NCBI RefSeq assembly: GCF_028641065.1
Contig: NC_073389.1
Coordinates: 20,150,001 to 20,214,000 of the forward strand
From: Leucoraja erinacea
Taxonomy: Eukaryota
DNA length: 64,000 nucleotides
Direction of reading: 5' to 3'
Shown in pieces: positions 24,985 to 36,692 of the stretch. The notes beneath the pieces are model-generated. The model made no database searches. It was not told where the DNA came from and saw nothing but the letters and a program-made list of their open reading frames with translations. Position numbers and translations under genes: made by a program. How positions within the stretch are numbered: position 1 is the first letter of the stretch; every line of letters starts with the position of its first letter.

Positions 24985-25270
24985 GGCGACACAACAGTAA
25001 AAAAGTTGCTGCCTTACAGCGCCAGAGACCCGAGTACAATCCTGACTACGGGTGCTGACTGTATGGAGCTTGTGCATTCTCCCTGTGACCGTATGTGTTT
25101 TGTCCGATGCTCTGTACCCACCCACACTTGAAAGGTGTGTGGGTTTGTTGGTTAATTGACTTTTGTAAATTGTCTCTAGGATAGAATTAGCATATGGATG
25201 ATCATTGGGTGGTGTGGACTCGATGGGTCTAAAGACCTGTTTCCACATTGTATCACTAAACTAAATTAAA
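24985..25270 (+). mobile_element. V-SINE
   Basis: Head, V-domain and tail. Confidence 0.82.
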
Positions 25271-25469
25271 TCCCAGCCCTTTTATTCCTTTCATCCCCTC
25301 TGATAATACAATGAAACAGGAATTTTTTGTTGGGTGTTCAAAACTGCATGAGTTGAAGTTCACTCCAACTAAATATTGGGAGACCGACTCTATCATCCCT
25401 AGTCCCAGTTATGCATAAAGTTACCTCTCGATGGCAACTGTCTGAGACTGTGTCTACTGTTTGCAGTTT

Positions 25470-26150
25470 TGAGGTATTTGTCAGTAAGATGAACTTGGAA
25501 TCTCATATCCACATTTTCATGAAGACCACTTCTCTGCAATATTGCCGACCACTGCTCCCATCTCAGCTCGTACATTGCAGAAACCCTCATCCATGCCTCT
25601 CCTACCTCTGGGCTTCACTGTAAGGAAGTACTTCTGGTGACTCGTTTACATTGTACTCTCCGTAAGGTTGAGACTTTCAAAAGCTTTGCTATCTAGTTGT
25701 GAACATAACATCTCATTGAACAGTTCCCTTGTCTTTCCAGGCCTACATTAACTTCTGATTACTCAGTTCTAAACTTCTCAATCTTTTTTATTCATATCCT
25801 TTTCATGGTTAGATAGATAGATAAATAGATAGATCCTTTATTGTCATACAGACCTTTCGGTCTGAACGAAATTATGTTGCCTGCAGTCATACACAGAATC
25901 AATAATAACAAAACATACAATAAACACAAATTAAACACAGTGAGTTCACCAAGCACACCCTCACTGTGATGGAGGCAAAGTTTTATTGTTTCTTACCACT
26001 GTGATATCCTCCAGCCTTTAGAAATTGTATCCTTCTTTACTGGTCTCTTGACCTCAGCAAATTAAATTGCTTTATAATTGGCAACTGTGCCTTCAGCATT
26101 CAGATCCTTTGTAAAACTTACCTCTCTCTGATCAAGCACTTGTCATTTGT
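25470..26150 (+). mobile_element. Old L2 LINE fragment
   Basis: LCNIA....SQL..AETLIHA..TS.L-like residues (gcagaaaccctcatccatgcc). Confidence 0.6.
25808..25980 (-). mobile_element. 3' fragment of a GC-rich family element (type D) with Rex1-like tail
   Basis: gcctccatcacagtgag hairpin, then atttcgttcagaccgaaaggtctgtatgacaataaa(tcta)n. Confidence 0.65.
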
Positions 26151-26503
26151 CTTAAGATGGACACAAAAAGCTGGAGTAACTTAGCGGGTCAGCCAACATC
26201 ACTGGAGAAAAGGAATAGGTGTTGTTTCAGTTTGAGACTCTTCTTCAGATTTTACCACATTTGTCTTAATTTTTTTACTGTATGACTTTGCATCAATTTT
26301 TTTTATCATTAATGTTCCCAAGAAGTTCCTTGGAGCATTTTTGCTGCAGCAATATTAGTGCAAAAATACATGTCACCTTTTCTATTATTGAAAACGTTCT
26401 GCTGTACTAATAAATGAGGGCAAACACACTGAGGCCACAGACAAATGATCTAATTAATCACATTGAGAGTATTGGTCGCAAATTCATAGCTTTACAATTC
26501 TTA

Positions 26504-26820
26504 AGGGCCTGTCCCACTGAACGAGGTAATTCAAGAGCTCTCCTGAGTTAAAAAAAAAATCAAACTCGTGGTAAGCACGTAGAATGTACGTAGCCGGTAC
26601 GTCAGAGCTCGGGACGTCTCTTAATGGCTCGTAACACTAACGGCAGGTACTCGTGAAACACGGTAAGCTCGTGAAGACTCGTGAAGATTTTTCAACATGT
26701 TGAAAAATGTCCACGAGAGCCCTGAGTACCTACGAGCGGCTATTACCGTAATTCTCCGAGTTCGAATCAGGGGAAACTTGGGAGAACTCTTGAATTAGCT
26801 CGTACAGTGGGACAGTCCCT
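26504..26820. mobile_element. PIF/Harbinger-type MITE
   Basis: TIR agggcctgtcccactg / cagtgggacagtccct; internal ttttcaacatgttgaaaa palindrome shared with 4145-4456. Confidence 0.82.
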
Positions 26821-27069
26821 TCCATTGATTTAAGAGCAGATCTATCAGAATCAGATAAGCTATTCACTTGAACAACTGTTTTAACAGAGCTAAGACTATT
26901 TTAGTGTGCAAATGTATTCACTTACATACCTGAATGCATAAACATGTTCATATTATCTCCTCTGGGATTAATTTGATTCCACCCATTCTGATGTCTGAAG
27001 TAGCTGCTGAGGCCAATGTTGGAACTGCAGACTTTGCCAGAGGTCTTGGCTTTGGCAGGTCTTGTCTTT

Positions 27070-28110
27070 GGCTTGGCAGAACTCTGGGGAATGTTGTAGA
27101 GCAGAGGGATCAAGGAGTGCAGGCCCTGGTGTCATAAGTGGATAGGGTAGTCAAGATGGCTTTTGGCACATTGACCTTCATCAATCAGGGCATGAGTCCT
27201 AAAGTTGGGAGGTCATGGTGCAGTTTTGCAAGATATTGGTGAGGCCTCATTCAGAGTATTGTGTTCAGCTTTTCTCTCCCTGTTATAGGAAAGGGTGCAG
27301 TGTATTGTGTATTGTTATGCTGGAAAGGGTACAGTGAAGATTTACAAAGATGTTGCTATGGCCTGAGCTATAGAGAGAGATTGAGCAGGCTAGGACTTTA
27401 TACCTCAGAACACAGTGGCTGAGGGGTGATCTTGTTGAGGTGGATAAGATCATGAGAGGCATAGATAGGGTAAATGCAGAGAGCAATCTACCCAGAGTAA
27501 TAGCCCTGTCCCACGGTGCAAGTTCATTCCAAGAGCTCTCCCGAGTTGTTAAAAAATCAAACTCGTTGTAAGCACGGAGAATGAACGCAGCGGGTACGTC
27601 GGAGCTCGGGGACCTCTCTTACCGCTAACGGCAGGTACTCGGGAAGACTCGCAGGTAAGCACGGGAAGGCTCGTAAAGATTTTTCGACATGATGGAAAAA
27701 TGTCCACGAGAGCCCCGAGTACAGACGAGTGGCCATTACCATAAATCTCCGAGTTCGAATCAGGACAAACACGGGAGAACTCTTGGAATGAACTCGTACC
27801 GTGGGACAGGGGTTTAAGGGAATCGAGAACCAGAGGACATAAGTTTAGGGTGAGGGGAGAAAGATTTTCATAGGAACCTGAGGGGTAACATTTTTACACA
27901 AAGGATGGTAGCTATATGCAACAAATTCCTGGAGGAGGTAGTTGAGACAGGTATTATCACAATATTTAAAACACATTTGGACAGGTACATGGATAGGATA
28001 GGTTTAGGGATATGGGCCAAACACAAGCAGGTGGGAATAGTATAAGGGGCATGTTGGTCGCCGTGGCCAGTTGGGTCGAAGGGCTTGTTTCCATGATGTA
28101 AGACTCTTTG
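27070..28110 (+). mobile_element. CR1/HER1 LINE 3' fragment interrupted by a MITE
   Basis: LGNVVEQRD.GVQ, VDRVVK.AFGTL.FI, LVRPH.EYCVQ motifs and the CR1 3' UTR. Confidence 0.85.
27501..27814. mobile_element. PIF/Harbinger-type MITE nested in CR1
   Basis: TIR ccctgtcccacggt / accgtgggacaggg, TAA on both flanks (27498-27500, 27815-27817). Confidence 0.87.
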
Positions 28111-29803
28111 ACTCTCTCGGTGGGGCAGGAATGAGCTGGACAGGGTAGATACGTGATCCTTGTGGGAGGTGACACACTCCTTGTGCCATCCTCTCTGTGT
28201 TTGTGAACACGTGCTTCTAAAGAAGAGACTGCACGTTCTCAGTACTATCCCATCTATATTCCTCGTCCACTTTTACAGATCTTTCCTTTTCCCTCCATCC
28301 ACCTCTTCATACAGGCCACTTCCCCAACATTCTCCAGGCAAGACTAATGTTGACTATCCATTTCCCTCCATGGATGCCGCCTGACCCATTGAGTTCCTCC
28401 AGCTATTGTCCTTCTTTTGATGCAAGTGTATTCTTGCAAACTTACATTGTGCATCTGAAGTTTAGTCTTTACAAATCTGTGTAGATTAATAAATGTCAGG
28501 ATAATTCACTGCAACCCACTTCACGTGAATACTGGTTGCAACTTTGGTACAGGGGCAAAAACTTTGATCTTGCAAATCTGAATTCTCCGCTCTTCCACCG
28601 TAGCTTCCTTCATCATATTTAATTTGCAGTTTTCATTCCAGTTTGCAATGTTCAACTGCCCTTGCAATGATGAAACCTTTCTTTATGCCCTTTAATTTTG
28701 TAAAGACAAGAGGATGCATTTTGACCCAGCAGGTTAAAACAAAAGTTAACAGTTCATTTCTCCTTAATCCCTGGTTTCTTTGAATTTGCACTCTGTTGCC
28801 CCAAATATTTTTCAGGCTGTCAAAATTCTCGACCATAACTAGCAATCTTTATACAGTGCGCTTCAATCACTTTATTCGTTCTATTGCTGTTATTAATGTC
28901 ATTCAGTGCAAGGTAGGAGTCATAATCTTCTCTGGACTCATTTCCATTTTGATTACATTTGCAGCTATATTCAGACAGCATAGAGATTTGTCGGACTGGA
29001 AAGAGTGTGGAAGGGTCACGGTGCTGCATTTTTCAATTTCGCTTTTGTTTTTGCAAAATCAAAAACCTGCAGGAATGTTTCATTGAATAAAATGTGGGTT
29101 TAACCTGTAATCTCCAACCAAGAACAAAGTCTTGAAATTATTCACTCATAAAGTTGGATTAACAAGAAATGTCACCGTTTGAATTGAATGAATTAAATTA
29201 ATAATGAATGAATTAATAAATTAATGCCTTGATTTGGAAACCTTGGGAACACATCCAATTGAAATGTGATGAGGCTAACCCACAAAAGTTGTGTGTTTTG
29301 TCAAACAGATTTTTTCTTGCTGATACCTGCCTTTTTTCTTGCTGATACCCGCAGCAGTAATTAGCGATGTTTTCATCGTAGTTCTTGGTCACCACATTTC
29401 TTTTATTTTCTTTTTTTCCCCCAAAGACTAGAGATCATACCTTTAAGTTAAAAGGGACAAAGTTTAAAAGCAATGTGCAGGGCAAGTTGTTTTATTAACA
29501 CCTAGAGTAAATGGTGTGTGGAATAAGCTATCAGAGATGTGGTGGAGGCAGATACAATAGTGGCATTTAAGAGGCTTTTAAATTGGCACATGGATTTGCA
29601 GGGAATGGAGAGATATGGATCACATGCAAGCAGAGGAGATTTGTTTAACCTAGATTTAAGCTAGCACTGACATTGTGGGTCGAGGGGCCTGTTCCTGTGC
29701 TGTTTAGTTTTATGTAGAAAGGAGCAGTATGCAAATACCAAAGATAGACACAAAGTGCTGAAGTAACTCAGTGGAACAAGATGCATCTCTGGATAAAAAT
29801 AAA

Positions 29804-29838
29804 GGGTGACGTTTCAGTTGGGGCCCTTCGTCAGACCT
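29804..29838 (-). ncRNA. Minimal hammerhead ribozyme motif in a Penelope terminal repeat
   Basis: aggt-CUGACGA-agggccccaacu-GAAA-CGUC-accc; stem II decayed. Confidence 0.55.
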
Positions 29839-30244
29839 TCTCTTAGAAAGGCCCTGTACATTTTTATGTTTGCTGATCCATGTAAAGCTCCCTTTAAGAT
29901 TCAGTTCCTCCTAACTGTTGCCTACACGATTGTCATTCGCCTGGCAATTCAACTAAATTTGAAATCAGTCCCAGATTTAGTAGTGATGATATTTATCGAT
30001 GTTGCTGGAGTTTAAAAAGTTGCAAATTGATTGAGTAAATAATCAAAATAAATTGGTTCCTCGGTAAAAGGAGGGATAGCCAGAGAAGCTGTTCAGAAAA
30101 TGAGACAAATATTGAATCATAGCCTGTGATAAGGAATCTAACATAATTATACCATAGTACATGATGCTTTTAGTCAGTGCCCTCAGACTTTCTCCATTAG
30201 TTATTTTCAAATGCTCTACCAGTGCTAGAAATAATTGATGACCC

Positions 30245-31187
30245 AATTATAATGAAACAGTAAAAAATAGAAAAAGCATAATTTTTTTTTGCACTAACCC
30301 CATTGTACACCAACAAAAGCTACCTTTGAATTCTGGTTCGCTTCCAAAAATGTGGGTGTGGGTAGCTCGGGACAGGCGCATGGAGAGGCGTGGAGGAGTG
30401 TGGAGTTGCACGCGGTATTGTGCGGCACTCCAGGATTTCGTGCTGCACGAAATCTTCACGCACCACTAGCGTGGCGTATCGCTTACGCGCGCGGACGTAC
30501 TGCAGTCGCACGCTGACGTCCTGACCTCGTACGTGCAGTGCATGGTGACTCATGATTATGTCACCACGCATAACCATGCGCTGCTGTACGCTGCCTATAC
30601 TCAGTCGGCCCGCCTTTTACGCATCATGGATATAAGCACGTGCGATTAATAAATTTGCACAGTTTCGTAGAGAAAGCTATGCGGTGAACACAAAAATATA
30701 CTAAACCGGAAAGTGCAAAAGTGAAATTGATGCTTCACTTGCAATGTCTGCTTGGGTGATGTAGATGGGTCGAGACCCTTCTTCAGACTGAAGAGTCTCG
30801 GCCTGAAACATCATCCATTACTTCCCTCCAGAGATGCTGCCTGTCCCGCCAAATTACTCCTGCATTTTGTGTCTATCTTCAATTTAAACCAGCATCTGCA
30901 CTAGTTCCTCCCCACAGATTAATTTGGTCTGCAGCTTGCTACTTTTCATTCACCTCTTTTTTTTTGAATAGGGGCATTACATCTGCAGTTTTCCAATTGC
31001 TAGCACCACTCAAGAAACTAGAACATTTTAGAAAATCACCATAAACATAAAAAACTGGGTAAATATCATAAACTGGGTATTCAAATGACGTCACGCGCTC
31101 CTGATGGCCGTGCTGAGATGCGTGATGATGCGCGCGTCAGTCACTACCGGTCTGTCGCGTGAATGACGGCCAAGTGGGACAGGCCCA
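30245..31187. mobile_element. Fragmented Harbinger-related element (right TIR plus CpG-rich internal pieces)
   Basis: Ends caagtgggacaggccc, the same terminal motif as the MITEs; CpG-dense blocks at 30370-30650 and 31085-31186; left TIR not found. Confidence 0.45.
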
Positions 31188-31509
31188 TAAATTAAAATCT
31201 ACTATCTTCAACCAAAATGACAATTTATCTAATGTGAGAAGGTGGCCATTCAGCCTCGTGATCTGTTCTACCATTCTATAAAGCATGGTTGTTCTGTATC
31301 CCAAGTCTGCACACCCTCATTTATATACATCTTCATACCCTGAGTCAGGAAAAGCAAATTGATATTAGTTCTAATTCTCAGCATGCTCAGATTTTTGGTC
31401 GATACATTTCCACCATCCTTTGAATGAGAAAATTAATTTAAAAAGGGGTCTGATACAGTTATGATAGAGATATACAGAATGGAAACTGGGCCTTTGGCCC
31501 ATCGAGTCG

Positions 31510-31855
31510 CAGTTAGCAAACCAAATTGTGATGCACCTCAGTGGGTGCTTTCTATGATGCATCTGCATGATTTGGCGATAGTCATTGCAGACCTGCTAAA
31601 CTTTCTTAGTCTTCTGAGGAAGTAGAGGCATTAGTGATGTTTCTTGGCCATTGTGTCAATTTGGTTGGATCTAATTGTTGGTGATATTTGGATCCAGGAA
31701 CTTGAAGTTTTTGACTATCACTTTAACACCATTGATGCTGACTGGGAGTGTACACCTCAATCATTCCTGAGGTTGTTGACCAGCTTATTCATTTTGCTGA
31801 TATTCAGGGAGAGGCTGATGTCTTGAAACATTTTTTTACTGAGCTCTGTATCTCA
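31510..31855 (-). mobile_element. Degenerate Rex1/Babar RT fragment
   Basis: [14 protein letters not shown] and RCITIWF-like residues on the minus strand. Confidence 0.65.
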
Positions 31856-32308
31856 CATCCCCTCCTGAGTAAGTACACATCTGGAATGAGTTAAATAACA
31901 GAACTCCATGTCCTTGGAACAAATATTCTTGAGAATATGGGTACTTTGGGAAATGGATGATGGTGCTTTGGAAAATAGCTGACTGTGCCTGTGAGCAAGG
32001 TCGAGCTGGCAGAGGTAACACAACACCAGGTGCAAGAGGCCCATGGTGCCATCTAGTTTGGATTTCTGGAGAAATTCTAAGTAGCTTCTGCTTTTGTCAC
32101 ACTTTGCTGCATTCGAATTCAGGTGGTTTCTGTTCTTGTGGCTTCTCTGAAGCCATCAAGTCTAGGTTTTGTTGAACATCTGCTGAACCTAAGCCTGTGA
32201 TTGGATAGAGGATTAACTGTTTACACTTAGTTTCTAGGTACTAAAAGGATTTTGTATACATTGTTTGTGCTTTAACAGATTAAGTGCTTCTTAATGTGTT
32301 TTCGTATC

Positions 32309-32572
32309 TGTAAGTAGTGATTGGCATGTAGGGGTGGCCTCTCCATCATACTTAGTGTCCCCTCCTTTGTTTTGGGGTATAAAGTATGTGTAATTTGTTT
32401 CGATGTGTCGATTGTCTTCCCTCTGTTCTGTTTGCACGAGGATATTGTGCGCTTGCGTGAGTGGATCGGAGACCGTCCCTGCAGTATATACAAATAAAGA
32501 AGGGTTTGGACTTCAGTGTTCTACTCAGTTTATTTTACTGAACCAGACTAGGGGTAAGATTAGATCCAGGCA
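32309..32572 (+). mobile_element. Solo LTR-like segment (class uncertain)
   Basis: TG start, TATA-like ggggtataaag at ~32374, AATAAA at ~32493, possible CA end; no TSD identified. Confidence 0.35.
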
Positions 32573-32739
32573 TTCACATTCTGACATTTTGATTATGGTC
32601 ATTATGAACTATTACTCCTCCCTTATGATTTTGATCACCATCCATGATGTGGTGTGGCATTGGAAGACCCATTCATTTGAATGTGTGGAGAGTTAACCCA
32701 TGATTGAACCGAATGGAGAAACAGATATGAAGGACTGAA

Positions 32740-32961
32740 TGTGTATGAAGGAACTGCAGATGCTGGTTTAAATCAAAGATAGACACAAAATGCTGGAGTA
32801 ACTCTGCGGGACAGGCAGTATCTCTGGGGAAACGGAATGGTTGACTTTTCGGATTGAGACAAGTCTGAAGAAGAGTCTCGACCCGAAAAGTCACCCATTC
32901 CTTCTCTCCAGAGATGCTGCCTTCTCCGTTGAGTTACTCCAGCATTTTGTGTCTATCTTTG
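32740..32961. mobile_element. Inverted (head-to-head) pair of Penelope terminal repeats
   Basis: aaagatagacacaaaatgctggagtaactc...|...gagttactccagcattttgtgtctatcttt with the junction at the hammerhead motif. Confidence 0.8.
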
Positions 32962-33314
32962 AAGGGCGGAGTGGTTCACCGTGTTCTAGAAATAAATTCA
33001 AAGAATTTAAGCTTTGGAATATCTATATATATTTTATTCTTAAAAACATTATTTCTTATTTTGCAATTACTGCATCAGTTTACAATATCCAAATAAATTT
33101 TTCGCACATACTATATTTTTCTCTGAGCTTTTACAAAGGAGGAAACTCTGCGGGTAACCTCTACTCCTGGCATCTTAACGGGCCCCCATGCTACATCTTT
33201 GGAAGCCTGGGCTTTGCTATCACTCACTAGATGCATCCTAGATGTTTGGGTCAACTGGGGGCCTCTATAATTGGCTCATTTTTGCCTAATCTCATATTGC
33301 AGGATAGTACACCA

Positions 33315-33608
33315 CAGCACGGTGGCACAGCAGTAGGGTTGGTTCCTTACAATGCCAGAGATCCTGACTACAGGTGCTGAAGTATGTATGAAGTTTGTAT
33401 GTTTTCCTTGTGATCTGCTTGGGTTTACTCTGGCAATCCGTTTTCCTCCCACACTCCAAGAGTGTGCAGGTTTGAAGGCTAATTGGCTTGGTAAAGTTGT
33501 AAATTGTTCCTAGTGTGTGCAGGATAGTGTTAGCGTGCAGAGATCGCTCGTCAGTGCAGACTTGGAGGGGCGAAGGGTCTGTTTCCGCACTGTATCTCTA
33601 ATCAAACT
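33315..33608 (+). mobile_element. V-SINE
   Basis: Head, V-domain and tail. Confidence 0.82.
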
Positions 33609-33719
33609 ACATTTTTGCCATTTTAAATATTTAAATTGTATTAGTCCTCAATTATGTAAACATTAGGAAATACGAAATGTCCTCCTAATTTAACTTTTTT
33701 TTTAACCATTTGTATATAA

Positions 33720-34040
33720 AATTATGAGGGGCATAGATAGGGTAGACAGTCAGAACTTTTTCCCCAGTGGAAATGTCAAAGACTAGAGGGCACTGCTTTT
33801 AGGTGAAAGGAACAAAGTTTAAAGCAGTTGTGCGCTTTTTACACAGAGGATGGTGGGTGTCTGGAATGCACTGCAGGGGTGATGGTGGAGGCAGTTCTGG
33901 TAGCGGCATTTAAGAGACTTTGTAGGCACATGGATATGTAGGGAATGGATTACGTTTCAGGTAGATGAGGTCAGCTAAGCTTGGCTTCATACTTGGATCA
34001 AACATTGGACGCCGAAGGGCCTGTTCCTGTGTTGCAATTT
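33720..34040 (+). mobile_element. CR1/HER1 LINE 3' fragment
   Basis: KIMRGIDRVDSQNFFP, ttttacacagaggatggtgggtgtctggaa, tail gccgaagggcctgttcctgtg. Confidence 0.85.
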
Positions 34041-34572
34041 TATAAGTTCTATCAGGTTGCTTGAATTTCTGTGCAATGTAATCAACATTTCTCAATTATG
34101 TCTGAGATTGGGAGAAATTTCCTCACCATTAGGGGTTATCTATAGTTTGAATTCTCTGTCCTAGGAAGCAATTGATGTTCAATATTGACCTTTCCTGTAA
34201 TAGGAATGAAAGGTTTAAATCAAAGGGAATTAAGAGGAATTAGTACAGTGAGCAAAACATGTTGAGAGAAGTCATCGGTAGTGTTCTCATTGAATGGCTG
34301 AACATTAAAGGATCAATACTCCACCTGCTTCTGTCTCTTAAGAATTTAACTAATTGACGACCTGTAAGATTTAAGACATTTTTATTTGGTTTGTGTAGTC
34401 ATGCAATACCTTTTTACAGATTTTGGTTGACGTGGCTCTGATTTAAATGTGCAAGGCCACTACCTAGTGTACCTTCACCATTCCAGATAAAATCAATTGA
34501 TCCAATACTTTTACCCATGTGGTATGGACTTGGAGAGTCAGACAAAAATGCAGAGAGGCATTTTGAATGACT

Positions 34573-34871
34573 GGGGTGGCGCAGTGGTAGAACCTTACAG
34601 TGCCAGAGTCCCGGTTTCGACCGAAACTATAGGGACTGTCTGTATGGAGTTTGTATGTTCTCGCTGTGATCTGCATGGACTTTCTCTGAGATCTTTGGTT
34701 TCTTCCCACATTCCAAAGATGTACGGTTTGTAAGTTACCTAATTGGCTTGGTATAAATGTAAAATTATCCCTAGTGTGTGTAGGATAGTGTTAATGTGCA
34801 TGATTCGCTGGTCGGTGTGGTCTCAGTGGGTCCAAGGACATGCTTCCACACTCTGTCTCCATACTAAACTT
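34573..34871 (+). mobile_element. V-SINE
   Basis: Head, V-domain and tail. Confidence 0.82.
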
Positions 34872-34902
34872 AAGACTGACTCAAAACATACAGGCACACA
34901 CA

Positions 34903-35696
34903 GTCGGTTGGGGGCGCTGCGAGTTGGCTGCCCTGCCAGCAGCGTGTTCGTTATTTCGACTTTTTGGGGTTTTTTTGGTATATCTAAATGTTAGTTTAGG
35001 TGTCTCTTTGTGTGTCTTGTGTGAGGGGGAGAGGAAAGGTGGAAACCGCTTTTGGACGCCTCCTCGACGGAGAGGCGACTTTTTCCATGTCGCCTCCCTC
35101 GTGGCCTAACAGCATGGATTGGAGCGGCCTTTCCCAGAATCGGGGCCGGAGCTTCAGCAGCGGGCGCAGTGTGGACTTTTCCATCGCGTAGTGGGCGAAC
35201 CCTTGCCGGGGGTCGCCAGAGAGGAGTGCTCCGATCGCTGGCCTGGTGACTTTGGCATCGTGGGGCTGTGGTCTGCAGAGCTTCTAGCCGCGGGCGAGGC
35301 ATGGACTTACCGTCCGGAGTCTGGAATCCCTTACCCGAGATCCCCAGAGAAGAGCTCCGACCGCCGGCCTGCGGCCGATAACATCCTGAAGCCGCGGTCT
35401 CCGGTAGGAAAGTGCCCATTTGGGCACTCCAAGCCACAGAATGTGTTTCACCGCCCCGATGTCAGAGTTTGAATCATCCCAACGAGAGGGCCTGTACATC
35501 GGGCCGTCTGTAGTGACAATAGAGTGATTGACTGCACTTTATTGCCTTCCACCACAGTGAAGAATGCTGTGATGGATGTTTGTGTTAAATTCTATTGTGT
35601 ATTGTGTGTTCTTTTTTTAAGTGTGTCCCTGCTGGCAAATTCATTTCACTGCACCTTCGGGTGCATGTGAGGAATGAAGTTGAGTTTGACTTTGAC
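34903..35696 (+). mobile_element. GC-rich non-autonomous retroelement, type B, near full length
   Basis: GC head, T-rich tract, G-rich tract, GC body, hairpin, tail atttcactgcaccttcgggtgcatgtga...(tttgac)n. Confidence 0.75.
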
Positions 35697-35729
35697 ATAC
35701 ATATTCAGCAATATTACGACCTTCAAACA

Positions 35730-36692
35730 TGGAGGAGGAGGAGCCATCTTGGGGAACGGCTGCTAACCAGCAACCGTCCGTTTAACTCACTTTTTTTGGA
35801 GTTTTTAGTAAGTCCTGGCCTTTGTCTGTTGGAGAATGGACTTTTTAATGTGGGGGGAAGGAGGTAATTATACTTCTAGGTCCCTAGCTGGTCGGTGAGG
35901 CAGCTTTTTCTCCGGGCTGCCCCATCGACCCGTCCTCGTGGCCTACCAGCGGGCGTGGAGAGCCGTTTCCTGGCGGGGACAGCCCAGCACCTCGGCTTCG
36001 GTGGCGGCACAGCGCTGGGGCGCTATGACGGAGTGGAGCGGGCGATGCCTTGCCCGGGTCGCGACGACGTGCTGGAGCTCCGGTGAGCTGTGACCACCGA
36101 GTTCAACACCTCCGGGCTGCGGCTCTGCAGAGCGGGCGGCGCCGACTCTAACATCGGGAGCCTGGGAGCTCCAAACCGGCGCGGCCTTGTCGGCTTCGGA
36201 AGCCGCAGTCCCCAGTCAGGAAGCGGACATTCCAGGTGGCCCAGCCGCTGAGAGGACTCTCCCGACGCTGGGGCAACACCACCCGGTGAGAACGGCCAGG
36301 AACATCAGGCCTCCGTAGAGGCAATAGCGGTGGCCTCAATAGGCCTGACTTTGGGTGAACTGGGGATGGGGGCTGGACATTGTGCCTTCCCCCACAGTGG
36401 TAACCATTGTGGGGGCATGATTTTTTTTGTGTGTAAGTAAACATGTTAGTCTGTGTCCAAGATGGCTGTCGGAAGGGAGAGTGGACGCTGGCACGCTTTA
36501 GCTGCCGCTGCTCTCTCTTCACATTGTGTTTTTGATTTTTTGTCGGATTGAATTCTGTTTTTAATTTGTGTTTTGGTGATGTCTTTATTATTTATTTTAC
36601 TCCGATTATATCTTTTATTATTCTTGTTAATATCTGTAAGGTGTCCTTGAGATTTTTGAAAGGCGCCAAAAGTAAAATTTATTATTATTATT
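35730..36692 (+). mobile_element. GC-rich non-autonomous retroelement, type C, with L2-like tail
   Basis: Same module order; ends tgtaaggtgtccttgag...gaaaggcgcc...aaaattt(att)n. Confidence 0.7.
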
